A stretch of DNA of 45,229 nucleotides, taken from positions 1 to 45,229 of the forward strand of contig JACPBN010000006.1 of NCBI GenBank assembly GCA_016180275.1, in the 5' to 3' direction. This document shows, in pieces, positions 44,259-45,229 of this stretch. A program made the position numbers and the translations under genes. The DNA comes from Candidatus Woesearchaeota archaeon (lineage in GTDB: Archaea; Nanobdellota; Nanobdellia; Woesearchaeales; UBA10200). Positions within the stretch are counted from its first letter, which is position 1, and the number at the start of each line of letters is the position of its first letter. Under the pieces are notes generated by a model. The model did not search any database and was not told the origin of the DNA. It was given only the letters and a program-made list of their open reading frames with translations.

Positions 44259-44623
44259 TTTCAAAAAACTAAAAAATAATCGAGAAATTAAATAAAAATA
44301 ATTAAAAAAATAAAGAGAAGTTATAAAATGATAAAAGAGAATGGAAAGAGTGGTTTAATGGAGAGTTAACCTAAAATAGGGCGAAAACATTTTAAAATAG
44401 GTATAAACCTAATTAAATAAGCTTTTAGACAATTAGAGCAAATGAGAGATGAACTATAAACAACAAAGTGAGAATTAAAATGGCTAAAAACAGATTATAA
44501 GTTTATTATAGGCAATCTAGACCAATTGGATGAGATGAAGTTGTTTTAGTGATATGATGAAAGTGAGAGATGATAAAATTGGATATTAATTACTAAAATA
44601 GGTTTAAAGAGGTTTTAAAGCAG

Positions 44624-44643
44624 TTTTATGAGTAAAAGTGAGT
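44624..44643 (+). repeat. 20-nt copy of the leader that precedes the methyltransferase start
   Basis: ttttatgagtaaaagtgagt is identical to 45083-45102. Confidence 0.85.
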
Positions 44644-45082
44644 GATTAAAACAGATAAAAATCGATCAAAATGAGCTAAAAATACCAAAAAAGAGAGAAT
44701 AATGGAGATAATAGTAGAAGAAAATGGAAAAGATGATCCTAAAAATGGAATAAATAGAGTGAGAAGCCGGAAAATAACAAATAGAGTATTAATGACCATA
44801 AGTTTATTATAAGTAGTTTATAGGCAGTTTAAAAAGATAAGTGAGTATTAAAATAGTAGATATTTTAGCAATAGATGTCTAAGAGAAGGCCATTTATAGC
44901 CAAATATAGAACTTTTAGAGCAAAAAGAATATAAGCATGTGGATAATACTGCTTTGTTTAGAAGCACAGATTACGATCTATAATGCACTATTAGCCTATT
45001 ACTAGTTATTATAGGTAAATAGATGATAGATGAAGTGAGCGAATACTTTTTATATAATGAGGTTATAATAGTTATAAACTAA

Positions 45083-45102
45083 TTTTATGAGTAAAAGTGA
45101 GT
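45083..45102 (+). repeat. 20-nt leader ending 5 nt before ATG 45108
   Basis: ttttatgagtaaaagtgagt. It contains the AAGTGAG motif that recurs seven times between 44466 and 45101. Confidence 0.85.
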
Positions 45103-45107
45103 ATTCC

Positions 45108-45229
45108 ATGGACATAACAAAATCAAAGCTGGCAATAATTTTGTCTAAGTTAGCAAATAATGATAAGCAAAATATTGGCCTAGAGCAGTATGAATTACCT
45201 AGCGAGAGGGCTGCAGACCTATTATGGGG
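45108..45229 (+). CDS. Partial COG2263/METTL5-like RNA methyltransferase (N-terminus only, runs off the right edge)
   Basis: MDITKSKLAIILSKLANNDKQNIGLEQYELPSERAADLLW resembles the conserved KxLxxxLSKL...LEQYxTPxxxAAxxLW start of this family. Too short to be sure. Confidence 0.45.
   Translation, partial: MDITKSKLAIILSKLANNDKQNIGLEQYELPSERAADLLW

Noticed and set aside
44093-45100. Possible CRISPR array, suggested by the repeated short motifs
   Set aside because: The repeats are 5-7 nt motifs at 11-bp phasing or at irregular 59-195 bp spacing. They are not 24-40 bp repeats with uniform unique spacers, and there are no cas genes in the window.
41260-45100. An integrated plasmid or provirus delimited by the tyrosine recombinase
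   Set aside because: I found no flanking att-type direct repeats, no tRNA target and no replication, capsid or conjugation genes. The recombinase looks like a chromosomal XerA. The idea is kept only as a possibility under the iteron and xerA findings.

Overview
AT-rich (about two-thirds A+T by eye) window that looks archaeal. Evidence: BRE/TATA boxes of the form aaaNNtttatata sit 22-27 nt before many start codons (leaderless layout), other genes have GGTG-type Shine-Dalgarno sites, and there are a PAC2 proteasome-chaperone gene, an XerA-like tyrosine recombinase and Arch_ATPase/DUF234/DUF4143 ATPases. All family names come from motif recognition by eye; no searches were run. No rRNA, tRNA or CRISPR array was seen.

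The core content is three + strand operons of large, unrecognisable membrane and coiled-coil proteins:
- Operon 1 (470-9256, plus probably 13518-14450): an AAA+ ATPase translationally coupled to a 1038-aa polytopic membrane protein, then 620-aa and 874-aa proteins.
- Operon 2 (16152-20318): RHH protein, 357-aa membrane/coiled-coil protein, then a membrane-anchored 960-aa coiled-coil protein ending in a metallophosphoesterase domain.
- Operon 3 (23940-33988): wHTH regulator, a 701-aa paralogue of the operon-2 membrane protein, a 1474-aa secreted Ig-like-repeat protein, a single-pass membrane protein and a 494-aa coiled-coil protein.

Accessory cargo is wedged between and inside these operons: five AAA+ ATPase genes plus one ATPase pseudogene, an AlbA_2/Schlafen-like protein, three nucleotidyltransferase-HEPN pairs, an RHH-RelE pair, an ORF6N protein and a DUF5678/retropepsin pair.

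The most striking observation is that several cargo units are bracketed by direct duplications of host gene-boundary sequence. Four diverged copies of one gene's 5' end delimit three cassettes (9313-13620). A 61-bp hairpin-containing repeat brackets an ATPase cassette (20331-22019). A 24-bp repeat brackets the ORF6N gene (24261-25296). The right end holds xerA, a 575-bp AT-rich gap, two coiled-coil/wHTH genes, two clusters of TGGGA motifs phased at exactly 11 bp, and an ORF-free purine-rich repeat region.
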